From Gammaproteobacteria bacterium (GTDB lineage: Bacteria > Pseudomonadota > Gammaproteobacteria > GCA-001735895), in assembly GCA_050298595.1 (NCBI GenBank), contig JBNKUM010000115.1, forward strand, positions 97,178 to 161,177: a DNA stretch of 64,000 bases. Direction: 5' to 3'. Made by a program: the position numbers and the translations under genes. How positions within the stretch are numbered: the stretch's first letter is position 1; each line of letters opens with the position of its first letter. The notes below the pieces were generated by a model. It had not been told where the DNA came from, ran no database searches, and worked only from the letters and a program-made list of their open reading frames with translations. Of the stretch, positions 22,209 to 32,404 are shown piece by piece.

Positions 22209-23156
22209 ATGCAATCCAGCGTGACGATAGGTGATTTTCATCAACGCTTTCAAAAACGCTTAAAGCTGTCCTTCTCCTCCGGTCAGGTTGGTCTGGACAG
22301 AGAAATCAAACTCTCCGCCGGTGAGCAAAAATACCAGGCTGTTGATTATCTTAATATTATTCGCCCCTCCAGCGTCATTGTTATAGGCTTACAGGAGTCG
22401 GCTTACCTCGCCTCTCTTAGCCTGCAGCATCAGCAAAGAATTTTCGAAAAATTATTCACAGGCCCTGCCTGTACCATTATTCTCAGCCAGGGCTCTCATC
22501 TTAATGAGGCACTCATCAGGCACATTGCAGAATTCTCCATCGCTGTTTTCAAATCAGAATTAGCAGATACAAATCTACTATCCGACCTGCGCTATTTCCT
22601 CAACCTGGCACTCGCAGAAACCACAACCGAGCACGGTGTTTTTCTTGAAGTCTTCAGTATCGGTACATTTATCACCGGTGACAGTGGTGTAGGTAAAAGT
22701 GAGCTTGCCCTTTCCCTGATTTCGCGTGGGCATCGGCTTATAGCGGATGATATTACCGAATTCTCACGCATATCTACCGGAGTCATAGATGGTATACACC
22801 CTGGATTATCCAACGACTTTATGGAAGTACGGGGTCTTGGTATTCTCAATATTCGCGCCATGTTTGGTAGTAATGCTTTAAGACGAAATAAAACCCTGCG
22901 TATGATCGTCAACATGGTTCAGTTTACTGCTGAGAATCAGCACCAGTTCGATAGACTAGGCACCACCCAGCATACACGTAATATGTTGGGTCTCGAGATA
23001 CCAGAGCTTACCTTACCAGTCGCTCCGGGTCGCAATCTGGCCGTACTGGTGGAGGCTGCAGCTCGTAACCATTTGCTAAAAATAGGTGGATACAACTCTG
23101 CAGATGACTTTATCGAACGCCAAAGACTGGCAATACAGGCTAATGCAAAAGGATAA
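22209..23156 (+). CDS. hprK: HPr kinase/phosphorylase
   Basis: HGV..., GDSGVGKSELAL, RGHRLIADD, MEVRGLGI, PGRNLAVLVE. Confidence 0.95.
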   Translation: MQSSVTIGDFHQRFQKRLKLSFSSGQVGLDREIKLSAGEQKYQAVDYLNIIRPSSVIVIGLQESAYLASLSLQHQQRIFEKLFTGPACTIILSQGSHLNEALIRHIAEFSIAVFKSELADTNLLSDLRYFLNLALAETTTEHGVFLEVFSIGTFITGDSGVGKSELALSLISRGHRLIADDITEFSRISTGVIDGIHPGLSNDFMEVRGLGILNIRAMFGSNALRRNKTLRMIVNMVQFTAENQHQFDRLGTTQHTRNMLGLEIPELTLPVAPGRNLAVLVEAAARNHLLKIGGYNSADDFIERQRLAIQANAKG

Positions 23157-23204
23157 TCTCTCTTTCCTGCTCCTCTCTTTAGCGCAATATCAGGGATAAT
23201 TTTG

Positions 23205-24062
23205 ATGAAACTGAAGATCGTAAGTGGCCTTTCCGGCTCAGGTAAAACCGTTGCTCTGCATACGCTTGAAGATGCGGGATATTTCTGTGTCGATAACCTG
23301 CCTGTCGGTCTGTTGAGTGACTTTGTCACCACCATGAAAAATAATAAACCGGCATTTTATGACCTGATTGCAGTCGCGGTAGATGCACGTTGCGATATCG
23401 ATGATATGGCCCATTTCGACCATATTATTACCGAAATAAAGGCCACAGATGTCGAAGTTGAAGTTCTATTTTTAACCTCAAAGGTCGAAAAACTACTCAC
23501 CCGTTTTAGTGAAACCCGACGTAAACACCCCCTTTCACGCAAAGGCCTGCCGTTGATAGAGGCAATTCATCTGGAGCGCAGCATTTTGAGAAGCATTTCA
23601 ACAAATGCTGATCTGACCATAGATACCTCGGAACTGAATGTACACGAACTACGTCATACAATTAATCATCGACTCATACATGATGACCGAGGAACTATGG
23701 CAATTTTAATCCAGTCATTCGGTTTTAAACATGGTTTACCCGCCGATACTGACTTTATGTTTGATGTGCGTTGCCTGCCTAACCCTCACTGGGAAGGTCA
23801 TTTAAGGCCCTATACCGGCAAAGACCAACCCGTGATAGATTACCTTGAAGGGTTTCCTGAGGTACAGAAAATGTATACATCGATACTCGATTTCATGCAA
23901 AACTGGATACCCTGTTTTGAAAAAGAGGGCCGAAGCTATATGACAGTATCCATCGGCTGCACTGGAGGTCAACATCGTTCTGTTTACCTGGCACAGAAAA
24001 TCACCTCAGAATTGCAGCAGCTACGTGATAACGTCTCCATACGACACCGAGAATTTAGCTGA
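23205..24062 (+). CDS. rapZ: RNase adapter RapZ
   Basis: SGLSGSGKT, CVDNLP, ETRRKHPL, SFGFKHG, GCTGGQHRS. Confidence 0.96.
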   Translation: MKLKIVSGLSGSGKTVALHTLEDAGYFCVDNLPVGLLSDFVTTMKNNKPAFYDLIAVAVDARCDIDDMAHFDHIITEIKATDVEVEVLFLTSKVEKLLTRFSETRRKHPLSRKGLPLIEAIHLERSILRSISTNADLTIDTSELNVHELRHTINHRLIHDDRGTMAILIQSFGFKHGLPADTDFMFDVRCLPNPHWEGHLRPYTGKDQPVIDYLEGFPEVQKMYTSILDFMQNWIPCFEKEGRSYMTVSIGCTGGQHRSVYLAQKITSELQQLRDNVSIRHREFS

Positions 24063-24460
24063 TGGTTGGCATACTCATCATCACTCATAATCGCATTGGC
24101 GAGGATATGCTGGAGACAGCAGAAAGTATGATGGGCAAAACCTTTCCCAAAATAAAAAGTATCGGTATACCTGGTAACCTTTCCCCTGAAAAGCTCGGCA
24201 TCTACGCAGATCAAATAAAAGCCACCATCGATGAACTCGATAAAGGCAAAGGTGTGCTGATTATGACCGACATCATCGGAGCCACACCGAACAACCTGGC
24301 TCAGTACTTTTCAGAACAAAAGCAGGTAAAAATCATATCTGGCTTAAATCTCCCCATGCTGATTCGAGTGATTAACTATTCCGACCAACCGCTGGAGTTA
24401 TTGGCTAAAATTGGTATAGTCGGTGCCAATAAAGGTATTACCAAAGAAATCGACATATGA
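24062..24460 (+). CDS. PTS EIIA mannose/fructose-type component
   Basis: GILIITH, TDIIGATPNN, GLNLPML. Confidence 0.92.
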   Translation: MVGILIITHNRIGEDMLETAESMMGKTFPKIKSIGIPGNLSPEKLGIYADQIKATIDELDKGKGVLIMTDIIGATPNNLAQYFSEQKQVKIISGLNLPMLIRVINYSDQPLELLAKIGIVGANKGITKEIDI

Positions 24461-24726
24461 TCCAAAGTGATATAGAAATTATCAACAAGCTGGGGCTGCA
24501 TGCCAGAGCCGCATCTAAACTGGTAAACATGGCCTCGCAATTTTCCAGCTCTGTGTTTATTGGAAACAAAGGTAACAAAGTGAATGCCAAAAGCATCATG
24601 GGTGTTATGATGCTGGCAGCCAGCCAGGGAACCGCACTGACCCTGGAAGTCGATGGAGACGACGAAAAAAAGTGTAGCGATTCAATTATCGAACTGATCA
24701 ATAACCGTTTTGACGAAGCTGAATAA
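24457..24726 (+). CDS. Phosphocarrier protein HPr/NPr
   Basis: NKLGLHARAA (His15), NAKSIMGVM (Ser46). Confidence 0.95.
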   Translation: MIQSDIEIINKLGLHARAASKLVNMASQFSSSVFIGNKGNKVNAKSIMGVMMLAASQGTALTLEVDGDDEKKCSDSIIELINNRFDEAE

Positions 24727-24966
24727 AACTCCTAACCCGACCTGCTCGACAGCACAATAATTCATACAAACTGGCAGGTAATTTGTTACACTGCTGTAGA
24801 TTTTTTTGTCGCGCTCAGTTAGAGGGGTATCAGTCATGATTTCACATCAAACTCTAAACCTAACCAGTAAACTGGCGCTCTTAGAACTCTCCTTTTCTGC
24901 TCCTCTCAGAACCCTGTCTCAGTCAGGCAATTTGGCCTTTCTCTACGTTTTAAAAGGTTGCCATCC

Positions 24967-26316
24967 ATGAGCGAAGAAATTTCCGAACAACTTCGACTGG
25001 ATATTGCCCAGGCTCTGGAAGATACAGATAGCCTTGCAATAGCGGAGATTCTCGACGAAATCAGTGTCGCCCAGATAGCTGATCTACTCGATTCTATTCC
25101 CAGCTCACAACGAGATCTGGTATGGCCGCAAATCTTCCCAAATAATCTGGGGCAGGTACTGCTGGAAACCGGTGATGAAGTTCGCCAGCAAAAACTCAAC
25201 CAGCTCGATTCACAGGAAATTGCAGACATTCTGGAAACTGTGCCCGACGTGGACGATCAGGCCGATCTGATACTGACTCTGCCCCCCCAAAAGCTGGTCA
25301 GTGTTTTATATATCATCGACAAGCATAAGCGTGAGCGACTGGAATCGGTTTTATCCTACCCAGAGGATACCGCTGGCGGCCTTATGGATCTGGACCAGAT
25401 CACCATTCGCGCAGACGTTACTCTGGATGTGGTGCTGCGCTATTTACGTATTCGTGGTGAAATGCCTGCACATACTGATCAGTTGTTTGTTACTGATCGT
25501 TATGACCATTTCAAGGGTGTGCTCTCACTCAACAGCCTGTTAACCTGTGAGACAGAAACCCAGGTCGAAGACATTATGGACTCCGACATACTGCCGCTCA
25601 CAGCCATCATGCCTGACACCGAGGTAGCGCGGCTATTTGAAGATAACGATTTGATCAGCGCGGCTGTTATCGATGACGATGGTAAGTTAATTGGCCGCAT
25701 CACTATTGATGACGTGGTAGACGTAATTCGTGAGGAAGGTGATAGCTCGGTACTCAGCATGGCGGGTCTGCACGAAGATGAAGACCTGTTTTCGCCCATC
25801 TGGTCCAGTACCCGTCGCCGTGCCATCTGGCTAGGATTTAATCTGCTCACAGCATTCCTGGCTGCAGCGGTCATTGGTTTATTTGAAGCCACTCTGGATA
25901 AGATCGTGGCACTGGCGATATTACTCACTATCGTACCCAGCATGGGAGGTATTGCCGGGTCACAGACCTTGACTCTGGTTATCCGTGGACTTGCTCTGGG
26001 CCAGCTGGGTAGCTCCAACTTTAACAGCCTGGTGAAAAAAGAAATTACTGTCGGTTTACTAAACGGTATTTTGTGGGCGATGGTAGTTGCAGCGCTCACC
26101 GTGCTGTGGTTTCAGGATTTACATATCGCTGCAATTATCGCTGTAGCGCTCACCGTCAACCTTGTAGCTGGTGCATTTGCCGGTGCAATTATACCCGTAG
26201 TATTAAAGCGTATGGGGATAGATCCGGCTCTGGCTGGAAGTGTTGTTCTCACTACCTTCACCGATGTTATCGGGGTATTGGCTTTTCTTGGTCTGGCAAC
26301 GATCTTTCTGGTTTAA
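24967..26316 (+). CDS. mgtE: Magnesium transporter MgtE
   Basis: YPEDTAGGLM, CBS pair, GRITIDDVVD, MGGIAGSQ, DPALAG..TTFTD; ATG 24967. Confidence 0.96.
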   Translation: MSEEISEQLRLDIAQALEDTDSLAIAEILDEISVAQIADLLDSIPSSQRDLVWPQIFPNNLGQVLLETGDEVRQQKLNQLDSQEIADILETVPDVDDQADLILTLPPQKLVSVLYIIDKHKRERLESVLSYPEDTAGGLMDLDQITIRADVTLDVVLRYLRIRGEMPAHTDQLFVTDRYDHFKGVLSLNSLLTCETETQVEDIMDSDILPLTAIMPDTEVARLFEDNDLISAAVIDDDGKLIGRITIDDVVDVIREEGDSSVLSMAGLHEDEDLFSPIWSSTRRRAIWLGFNLLTAFLAAAVIGLFEATLDKIVALAILLTIVPSMGGIAGSQTLTLVIRGLALGQLGSSNFNSLVKKEITVGLLNGILWAMVVAALTVLWFQDLHIAAIIAVALTVNLVAGAFAGAIIPVVLKRMGIDPALAGSVVLTTFTDVIGVLAFLGLATIFLV

Positions 26317-26330
26317 GGCACCTGGTCCGA

Positions 26331-27242
26331 TTACTGTAAAATAAACTGCCTCACCACAGCGTTAATATCATCCCTGGCAAGCTCCCAGATTTCATCCAGC
26401 TCATAAAGCTCTATTGAAAGAGCGTCAGTGGCGAGTGGATTGATGTTAAGTTCATAACGTTCACCGCTACTGCCCATATGATGATTATTGACCCACACAT
26501 CTGCGATATGAACCGCAGCAGCAACCTGCAAATAATCGCTAGTTTCATCCAGATAATGATGATACATCACAGGCTCATAGATAGAATCTGGTACACGCCA
26601 GTTTTGTAACAAACACCCACCAGCTTCCGCATGCGTATAGCCTAGCGCTTCTTTTTCAAGTACAAATAAAAATTCTTCCTTAGCTTCTCGTTGAATCAAT
26701 AAATCATGCATCACACCCGGTAACTTTAGATAGAACACCAGTCGACCGATATCGTGTAACAAACCGCTAACATAAAATCTTTCAACCTGGCTGAGCTTGC
26801 AATAATGGGCTATAGATTTGGCTAATACACCGACAGCCACCGAATGCTCCCAGAACAGTTTCATATTCACCATGCCAAGAGGCACCTGGTTAAATGATTT
26901 GACTACCGAGGTTGCCAGTACCAGTTCACGAATCTGTCTGATACCGATAATCTGTACTGCTCTATCAATACTTTCAATACTCGCGGGAAAACTGTAAAAA
27001 GCACTATTCGCAATACTTAATAGACGAGCACAGATATCTGGCTCGCTAGATAGCAGTTTTGCGAAATCAGCCATACTCGAGTCGGGTTGTTCGATGAGTG
27101 ATTCCAGACGATAGTAAACGTCCGGTAAACTCACCAGTTTTGAGACATCCTGTACTAATAGATCAAGACTATGCCGTCCTCTATAACCCACTAATTCGCC
27201 TCTTTGTGTTGTTGCCATTGACAATACCTGTTGCCTGTACAT
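26331..27242 (-). CDS. HDOD-domain signal transduction protein
   Basis: LVSLPDVY, LLSIANSAFY, FWEHS, GLLHDIGRL, THAEAG..LLQNW. Confidence 0.92.
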   Translation of the reverse strand: MYRQQVLSMATTQRGELVGYRGRHSLDLLVQDVSKLVSLPDVYYRLESLIEQPDSSMADFAKLLSSEPDICARLLSIANSAFYSFPASIESIDRAVQIIGIRQIRELVLATSVVKSFNQVPLGMVNMKLFWEHSVAVGVLAKSIAHYCKLSQVERFYVSGLLHDIGRLVFYLKLPGVMHDLLIQREAKEEFLFVLEKEALGYTHAEAGGCLLQNWRVPDSIYEPVMYHHYLDETSDYLQVAAAVHIADVWVNNHHMGSSGERYELNINPLATDALSIELYELDEIWELARDDINAVVRQFILQ

Positions 27243-27476
27243 TTAATATAGCCCAGAAAAACTAAATATGATATCCAGGCGTTTCAGAACATTAAAATAT
27301 ACAAATATTTAGGACGCAAAGCAGAGATTTATCGTAACACTAGAGATTTTTGCGTTAAATCAATTTCAAAGCCGCTGCAATCACTTAAATTGCGCGTATT
27401 CTATAAAGTTTACACACCAAAGTTATGCTTTTTTTGTTACTTTGACACTAATAATTTTTATTTAAAGGGTAAGACT

Positions 27477-27956
27477 ATGCTAGATTCAAAAAAAATTGAT
27501 ACCGTTGAAATCTTTTTATCACTATCCATATTGTTAGAGTATGAATCAGCTGATCGTTTACGCGAACTGGCAAAGTTTATGCTTAATCATCAGGCCACAG
27601 AACTCTCTGAATTACTGGAAACACTAGCGAAGTATAGCGATCAACACGCATCAGAAATCCACGAATTAAGTGAGGGTAAAGTACTACCAGAACTGGCCAC
27701 TCTTGATTTAAGCTGGGAAGGCCTGGAAGGCCCAGAAACTACGGCTTACGAATCGGTTAACCCGCAAATGACAGTGGAAGATATGCTACAGCTAGCACTG
27801 CGTAACGAAATAAAAGGACAGGACTTTTATATCGACATTTCACTAAATTCACCTGATGATGCAGTGAGAAAATTAGCCGCTGAATTTGCTAACGAAGAAA
27901 AGGAACATGTTGTAATGTTGGAAAAATGGATCGCTTCACTGAATGAGGCTCACTAA
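27477..27956 (+). CDS. Rubrerythrin/ferritin-like four-helix protein
   Basis: ATG 27477; E-x-E..., ALRNE..GQDFY, EEKEH motif. Confidence 0.8.
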   Translation: MLDSKKIDTVEIFLSLSILLEYESADRLRELAKFMLNHQATELSELLETLAKYSDQHASEIHELSEGKVLPELATLDLSWEGLEGPETTAYESVNPQMTVEDMLQLALRNEIKGQDFYIDISLNSPDDAVRKLAAEFANEEKEHVVMLEKWIASLNEAH

Positions 27957-28066
27957 TAAACTGGGATTTTGCCTGAGACATAGAGCATGATACTGACTCA
28001 TCCATCGCACAAAAAGATAGTTTTTCAGGGCCACAAAAGAATAAAACTAACGAACGAGGCACGGAC

Positions 28067-28561
28067 ATGCACAGACTATATTTTTTAATTCCTAGCATTG
28101 AACTCACAGAAACCATAATTGACGAGCTTGAAAATCAGGGGGTAGCGCATAAGCATTTGCATGTTGTTGCAGCAATCACTCAAAATCTAAAGAATTTACC
28201 TGAGGCCAGTATCTGGCAGAAAACAGAACTAGCGCATGGTCTGGAATGGGGCACCGGCATTGGTGGGACAGCAGGACTACTAGGCAGTTTACTAACGGTA
28301 GCATTTCCACCCGGTGGCATCATTCTGGGTGGTGGTGCACTACTCATCGGTGCGGCTGCAGGCGCTGGAGTTGGCGCTGCTATGATGGGACTGATGAAAG
28401 GTCACGAGCATAATCATCAGCTAGATGATTTCAAAAAAGAGATTGATGACGGCCAGATCCTGCTGATGGTTGATATCCCTAAAGATGAAGTTGAAAGCAT
28501 CAAACAAAGTATTCTGTTGCATCATCCACAAGCCCATATCAAAGTTTCGCAACCACAATAG
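28067..28561 (+). CDS. Glycine-zipper membrane protein (DUF1269-like)
   Basis: MHRLYFLIP N-terminus, central Gly-rich hairpin, IDDGQILLMVD. Confidence 0.75.
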   Translation: MHRLYFLIPSIELTETIIDELENQGVAHKHLHVVAAITQNLKNLPEASIWQKTELAHGLEWGTGIGGTAGLLGSLLTVAFPPGGIILGGGALLIGAAAGAGVGAAMMGLMKGHEHNHQLDDFKKEIDDGQILLMVDIPKDEVESIKQSILLHHPQAHIKVSQPQ

Positions 28562-28627
28562 CGTCAGATGCTTGAAACCCTGCCTGGCAAAACGTAAGCT
28601 GGCGCATTTTCCAGGTAGCCACTGAAT

Positions 28628-29266
28628 ATGGATTTAGCAGATATCAGACGTGAATATAGTCAGGGTAAGTTAACTCGCCAGGATCTGAACGCAGATCCCA
28701 TTTTGCAGTTTGACAGCTGGTTTAAGCAGGCTCTGCAAAGCGATATCAAAGACCCCAGCGCGATGAGCCTGGCGACTGCCGACCAATCGGGTGGGGTCAG
28801 TATCCGTACTGTGCTGTTAAAAATTTATGACCAGCAGGGCTTTGTATTCTTTACTAACTATGAATCTGCCAAGGCCCGTCAAATCAGCGAAAACCCTAAG
28901 GTGGCTCTGCTATTCCCCTGGTTGAACCTGGACCGTCAGGTAAAGATTCGAGGGCGTGCAAGTCGCATTTCAACTCAGGAATCATTGAAGTATTTCATCA
29001 GCCGCCCTCGTGGCAGCCAATTGGGTGCATGGGTTTCTCAACAAAGCTCTGTCATCAGTTCCAGGGCGTTGCTAGCAGCTAAATTGCAGGAGATAAAACA
29101 GCGCTTTGCCGATGGTGATATCTCGTTACCCGAGTTTTGGGGAGGATATCGCGTAGAGCCTGAGTCGATAGAGTTCTGGCAGGGACAGCCGGATAGATTG
29201 CATGACCGGTTCAGGTACCAACGCCAGAGTGATAATAGCTGGAAAATTGAGCGACTGGCGCCCTGA
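28628..29266 (+). CDS. pdxH: Pyridoxamine 5'-phosphate oxidase
   Basis: RTVLLK, FFTNYESAK, EFWQGQPDRLHDR, IERLAP. Confidence 0.97.
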   Translation: MDLADIRREYSQGKLTRQDLNADPILQFDSWFKQALQSDIKDPSAMSLATADQSGGVSIRTVLLKIYDQQGFVFFTNYESAKARQISENPKVALLFPWLNLDRQVKIRGRASRISTQESLKYFISRPRGSQLGAWVSQQSSVISSRALLAAKLQEIKQRFADGDISLPEFWGGYRVEPESIEFWQGQPDRLHDRFRYQRQSDNSWKIERLAP

Positions 29267-29277
29267 TGATTCATTTA

Positions 29278-30621
29278 TCAATTAACCGGCAGTATTTTCA
29301 GTTGCTGAATTAACACCTGCTGATAATCTCGAATGCGCTGAACATACTCAACCGGTTCCAGCCCTCGTGCATAGCCATATTTGAGTTTTTTGTAGTATTT
29401 CTTCTGTGACAACAGCGGTAACAACTCTTTGACATCAACCCAGTAATCCGGATTTGTGCCTATTTCAGGAGCCAGACTCAAGGCATCACGCAAATGTGCA
29501 AACCCCACATTATATGAGGCAAGGGCTAACCATATCCGGTCCTCACCCTCAACTGACTCAGGTATTCGACCAATCATCCGCGCCATGTATTTAGCACCAC
29601 CCTGAATACTCTGATGTGCATCCAGCCGACTTTTGACGCCCATTTGCCTGGCGGTATTTAACGTTAGCATCATCATACCACGCACTCCGGTAGGACTTTT
29701 AGCTTTCGCATTCCAGTGTGACTCCTGATAAGACTGCGCAGCCAGCAGAGTCCAGTCCAGTTTGTATTTAATAGCGGCTTGCTCAAATTCAGTTCGATAT
29801 TTAGGCAGTGTGGTTTTGATTCTGCGAATAAATTTTCTCATATCAACATAATCAAAAATCTCCACATGGCCATAGTACTTTTCCTGTATCACTGCCAGCT
29901 GCCCACTTTCAGTAATATGATTCAACCAGTCTTCAATATAGCCTTCTAACTGTGGCCATTTTGAGTTGATAATCCAGGCCAGTGGTTGCGGCTCACTGAT
30001 AGGAAAAGCGACCACCAGCTCAGGAAAGTAGCGTCGATTAATACTGACGATATTTGAATCCGCCAGCACACAGTCAATCTTCTTTTGCCACACCTGCTCC
30101 AGCAACTGCTCGGTACCCATGTCTTCGACTTCCTGCCAGCGGATACGGGGGTGCTGCTGCTTGATCTGATGCAGTAGTTCCACGTAACTGCTATCAGCTA
30201 TCACCTGAATCTTTTTTCCAATCAAATCATCTATTTTACGAGGCAGGATACCATTCGAACGACGACAGACTACCTGCTGCTGTACTTCATAATACTGTGG
30301 GCCGAACAGAAAACCCTCAGCTCGACGCTTTTCAGTATCGGTCAAACCTGCCGCCGCTATATGAGCCTTACCCTGCTGCATCCAGTCCAGCACTTCTCCA
30401 ATGCTATCGACAGACTCCAGTCGAAATGGGATTTTGTAGTATTCGGCAAATGACTGTATCAGATCATACTCGGGGCCCAGTAACTCATCCCTACCCTGAT
30501 ACCAGGTTGTTGGAGCATTGCGCGAAACCACAATAAGTTCATCGGGCAATTTAGTTTCTGGAGGTTTGTTTCCACAGGCAGCCAGTAGAAACATCAACAA
30601 TAAACCTGGAAGGTAACGCAT
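29278..30621 (-). CDS. mltF: Membrane-bound lytic murein transglycosylase F
   Basis: Lipobox LAAC, SBP-like domain, YQESHW..AKSPTGVRGMMMLT, ASYNVG, YGYARG. Confidence 0.94.
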   Translation of the reverse strand: MRYLPGLLLMFLLAACGNKPPETKLPDELIVVSRNAPTTWYQGRDELLGPEYDLIQSFAEYYKIPFRLESVDSIGEVLDWMQQGKAHIAAAGLTDTEKRRAEGFLFGPQYYEVQQQVVCRRSNGILPRKIDDLIGKKIQVIADSSYVELLHQIKQQHPRIRWQEVEDMGTEQLLEQVWQKKIDCVLADSNIVSINRRYFPELVVAFPISEPQPLAWIINSKWPQLEGYIEDWLNHITESGQLAVIQEKYYGHVEIFDYVDMRKFIRRIKTTLPKYRTEFEQAAIKYKLDWTLLAAQSYQESHWNAKAKSPTGVRGMMMLTLNTARQMGVKSRLDAHQSIQGGAKYMARMIGRIPESVEGEDRIWLALASYNVGFAHLRDALSLAPEIGTNPDYWVDVKELLPLLSQKKYYKKLKYGYARGLEPVEYVQRIRDYQQVLIQQLKILPVN

Positions 30622-32060
30622 CAGAACTTCAATAGTTTAAGCACGGGTTGATTATTGTCTGAACGCTTTCCGAATCCAGAGAGAACTGCTACAGATTGCC
30701 CTTTAAGCTTGATTTTCAATTTTCGCGACAGGGCTTTAGCCATGCTTCCCCAGTTACTGGTTTCGTGAGTTTGCATGACTACCGGCGTCACTCCCCAGTG
30801 CAGCATCAGAATGCGGGCAGTATTGTCATCGGTACAGATACCAAAGATTGGAACACCAGGCCGAAAAGCGGAAACAACACCTGCGGTAGCACCACTCGTA
30901 GTAGGCACAAACAAACCTAGCAACCCCAGCTCCTGAGCAATATCAACCGCCGCATGGGCTAATGCCCGGCGTGGCGAATAGGTGACCTTCATGTCCACCT
31001 CGTTCAGACTTTGCGGATTATTCTTCTGCCATTTTTCCAGCTCTTCCAGAATATGCCCCATATAACGCACGGCCTGAATTGGATATTTGCCGACTGAGGT
31101 TTCACCCGATAGCATAACTGCATCGGCTCCATTTAGTGCCGCATTTGACACATCGCTAACCTCTGCACGCGTAGGTCGTGACTCCACGATCATGGATTCC
31201 ATCATTTGAGTCGCTACAATCACCGGTTTACAGGCGGAACGAGCCCGATTAATCAGGTCTTTTTGCACCATGGGCACCTGTGCTGCATCGATCTCTATCC
31301 CCAGGTCGCCACGTGCTACCATGATGGCATAGGACTGTTTAAGGATTTCGTCGATGTTATGCAGGGCTTCGGGTTTTTCTATCTTGGCAATGATCGGTAA
31401 CTCACAGCCCTGTCGTTGCATAAAATTCTTTAACTGAATAATATCCTTTTCACTACGTACAAAACTTAGCGCGATAAAATCAGCCCCCATCTTGAGCGCA
31501 AAGATCACATCTTTTTTATCACTGGCGGTGAGCGAGGAGGAGGATACGGGGCTATTGGGCAGGTTTATACCCTTTTTGTCTGTGAGCAGGCCACCATACA
31601 CAACGCGACACAGGATATCCCTGCCTTCAACCTTCAACACCTTGAGTTCCATTTTTCCATCATCCAGCAGGATTCTGTCGCCGCTAGACACATCCTTATG
31701 CAACTGAGTGTACTGGCAGGGGATGATGTTTTCTTTTTTGGATACAGCCCGCGTAGTTACTATGACTTCAGAACGGGCACGCAATTGCATAGCACCCTCT
31801 TTAAGCAACCCGACACGTATCTTGGGACCACACAGATCGCAGAAAATCGCCACCTGATGCTTTAGCTGTTTGGCAGCCTGTCTAACCAGTTCAAAACTAT
31901 GCTGATGATCAGCAGGCGAGCCATGCGACATATTCAGTCGAATAATATTGACGCCAGATTCGAGTAGTCGAGTGACTGTTTCGCGGTCATTGGTAGCAGG
32001 ACCCAATGTGGCAATAATTCGGGTTCGACGATGGTTCTCAAAATTAGAAGTACTAAACAT
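30621..32060 (-). CDS. pyk: Pyruvate kinase
   Basis: IIATLGPA, RLNMSHG, IIAKIE, MVARGDLG, ATQMMESM, DAVMLSGET. Confidence 0.97.
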   Translation of the reverse strand: MFSTSNFENHRRTRIIATLGPATNDRETVTRLLESGVNIIRLNMSHGSPADHQHSFELVRQAAKQLKHQVAIFCDLCGPKIRVGLLKEGAMQLRARSEVIVTTRAVSKKENIIPCQYTQLHKDVSSGDRILLDDGKMELKVLKVEGRDILCRVVYGGLLTDKKGINLPNSPVSSSSLTASDKKDVIFALKMGADFIALSFVRSEKDIIQLKNFMQRQGCELPIIAKIEKPEALHNIDEILKQSYAIMVARGDLGIEIDAAQVPMVQKDLINRARSACKPVIVATQMMESMIVESRPTRAEVSDVSNAALNGADAVMLSGETSVGKYPIQAVRYMGHILEELEKWQKNNPQSLNEVDMKVTYSPRRALAHAAVDIAQELGLLGLFVPTTSGATAGVVSAFRPGVPIFGICTDDNTARILMLHWGVTPVVMQTHETSNWGSMAKALSRKLKIKLKGQSVAVLSGFGKRSDNNQPVLKLLKF

Positions 32061-32366
32061 GAAGCCGTCCTGTGACTATTTTGCATAAAACGATAGCAGA
32101 AAAATCGATATCTAACTTTTGATTCATTGGCTTTGGTTCTTCAGCGTAAATCCTGTCTATGAAATTGCCAATGCGGTCACAAAATTTCCTTCAACAGACG
32201 CCATCTGAAGGCTCAGTGTGAGTAGAGTCACAGTCTGCAGAGAACTACTCACTATACTCAAAACTTCATCACTGGGGTGGCATTTCGATTTTCTCAATCT
32301 CCTTCAGTCATTCCAGCCGGATGAAAGACCTGTACCTGAACTCAGTTAAGCTCCTGAGTTTAGTTC

Positions 32367-32395
32367 ACCGCCTGCTTTGTCAGGCGGTTTTTTTT
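32367..32395 (+). terminator. Intrinsic terminator facing the + strand
   Basis: ACCGCCTG-CTTTGT-CAGGCGGT followed by T8; no U-tract on the minus side. Confidence 0.75.
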
Positions 32396-32404
32396 GCCCG
32401 GGTT

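Noticed and set aside
21722-24726. hprK with EIIA-Man and HPr but no sugar permease
   Set aside because: Well-known regulatory PTS arrangement in many Proteobacteria
28584-28614. GG-N10-GC sigma-54-like motif upstream of pdxH
   Set aside because: Poor match (TGGCAA...AAGC), and the sequence is equally explained by a CCTGG..CCAGG hairpin
32159-32221. 20-codon ORF MKLPMRSQNFLQQTPSEGSV
   Set aside because: No SD and too short to support
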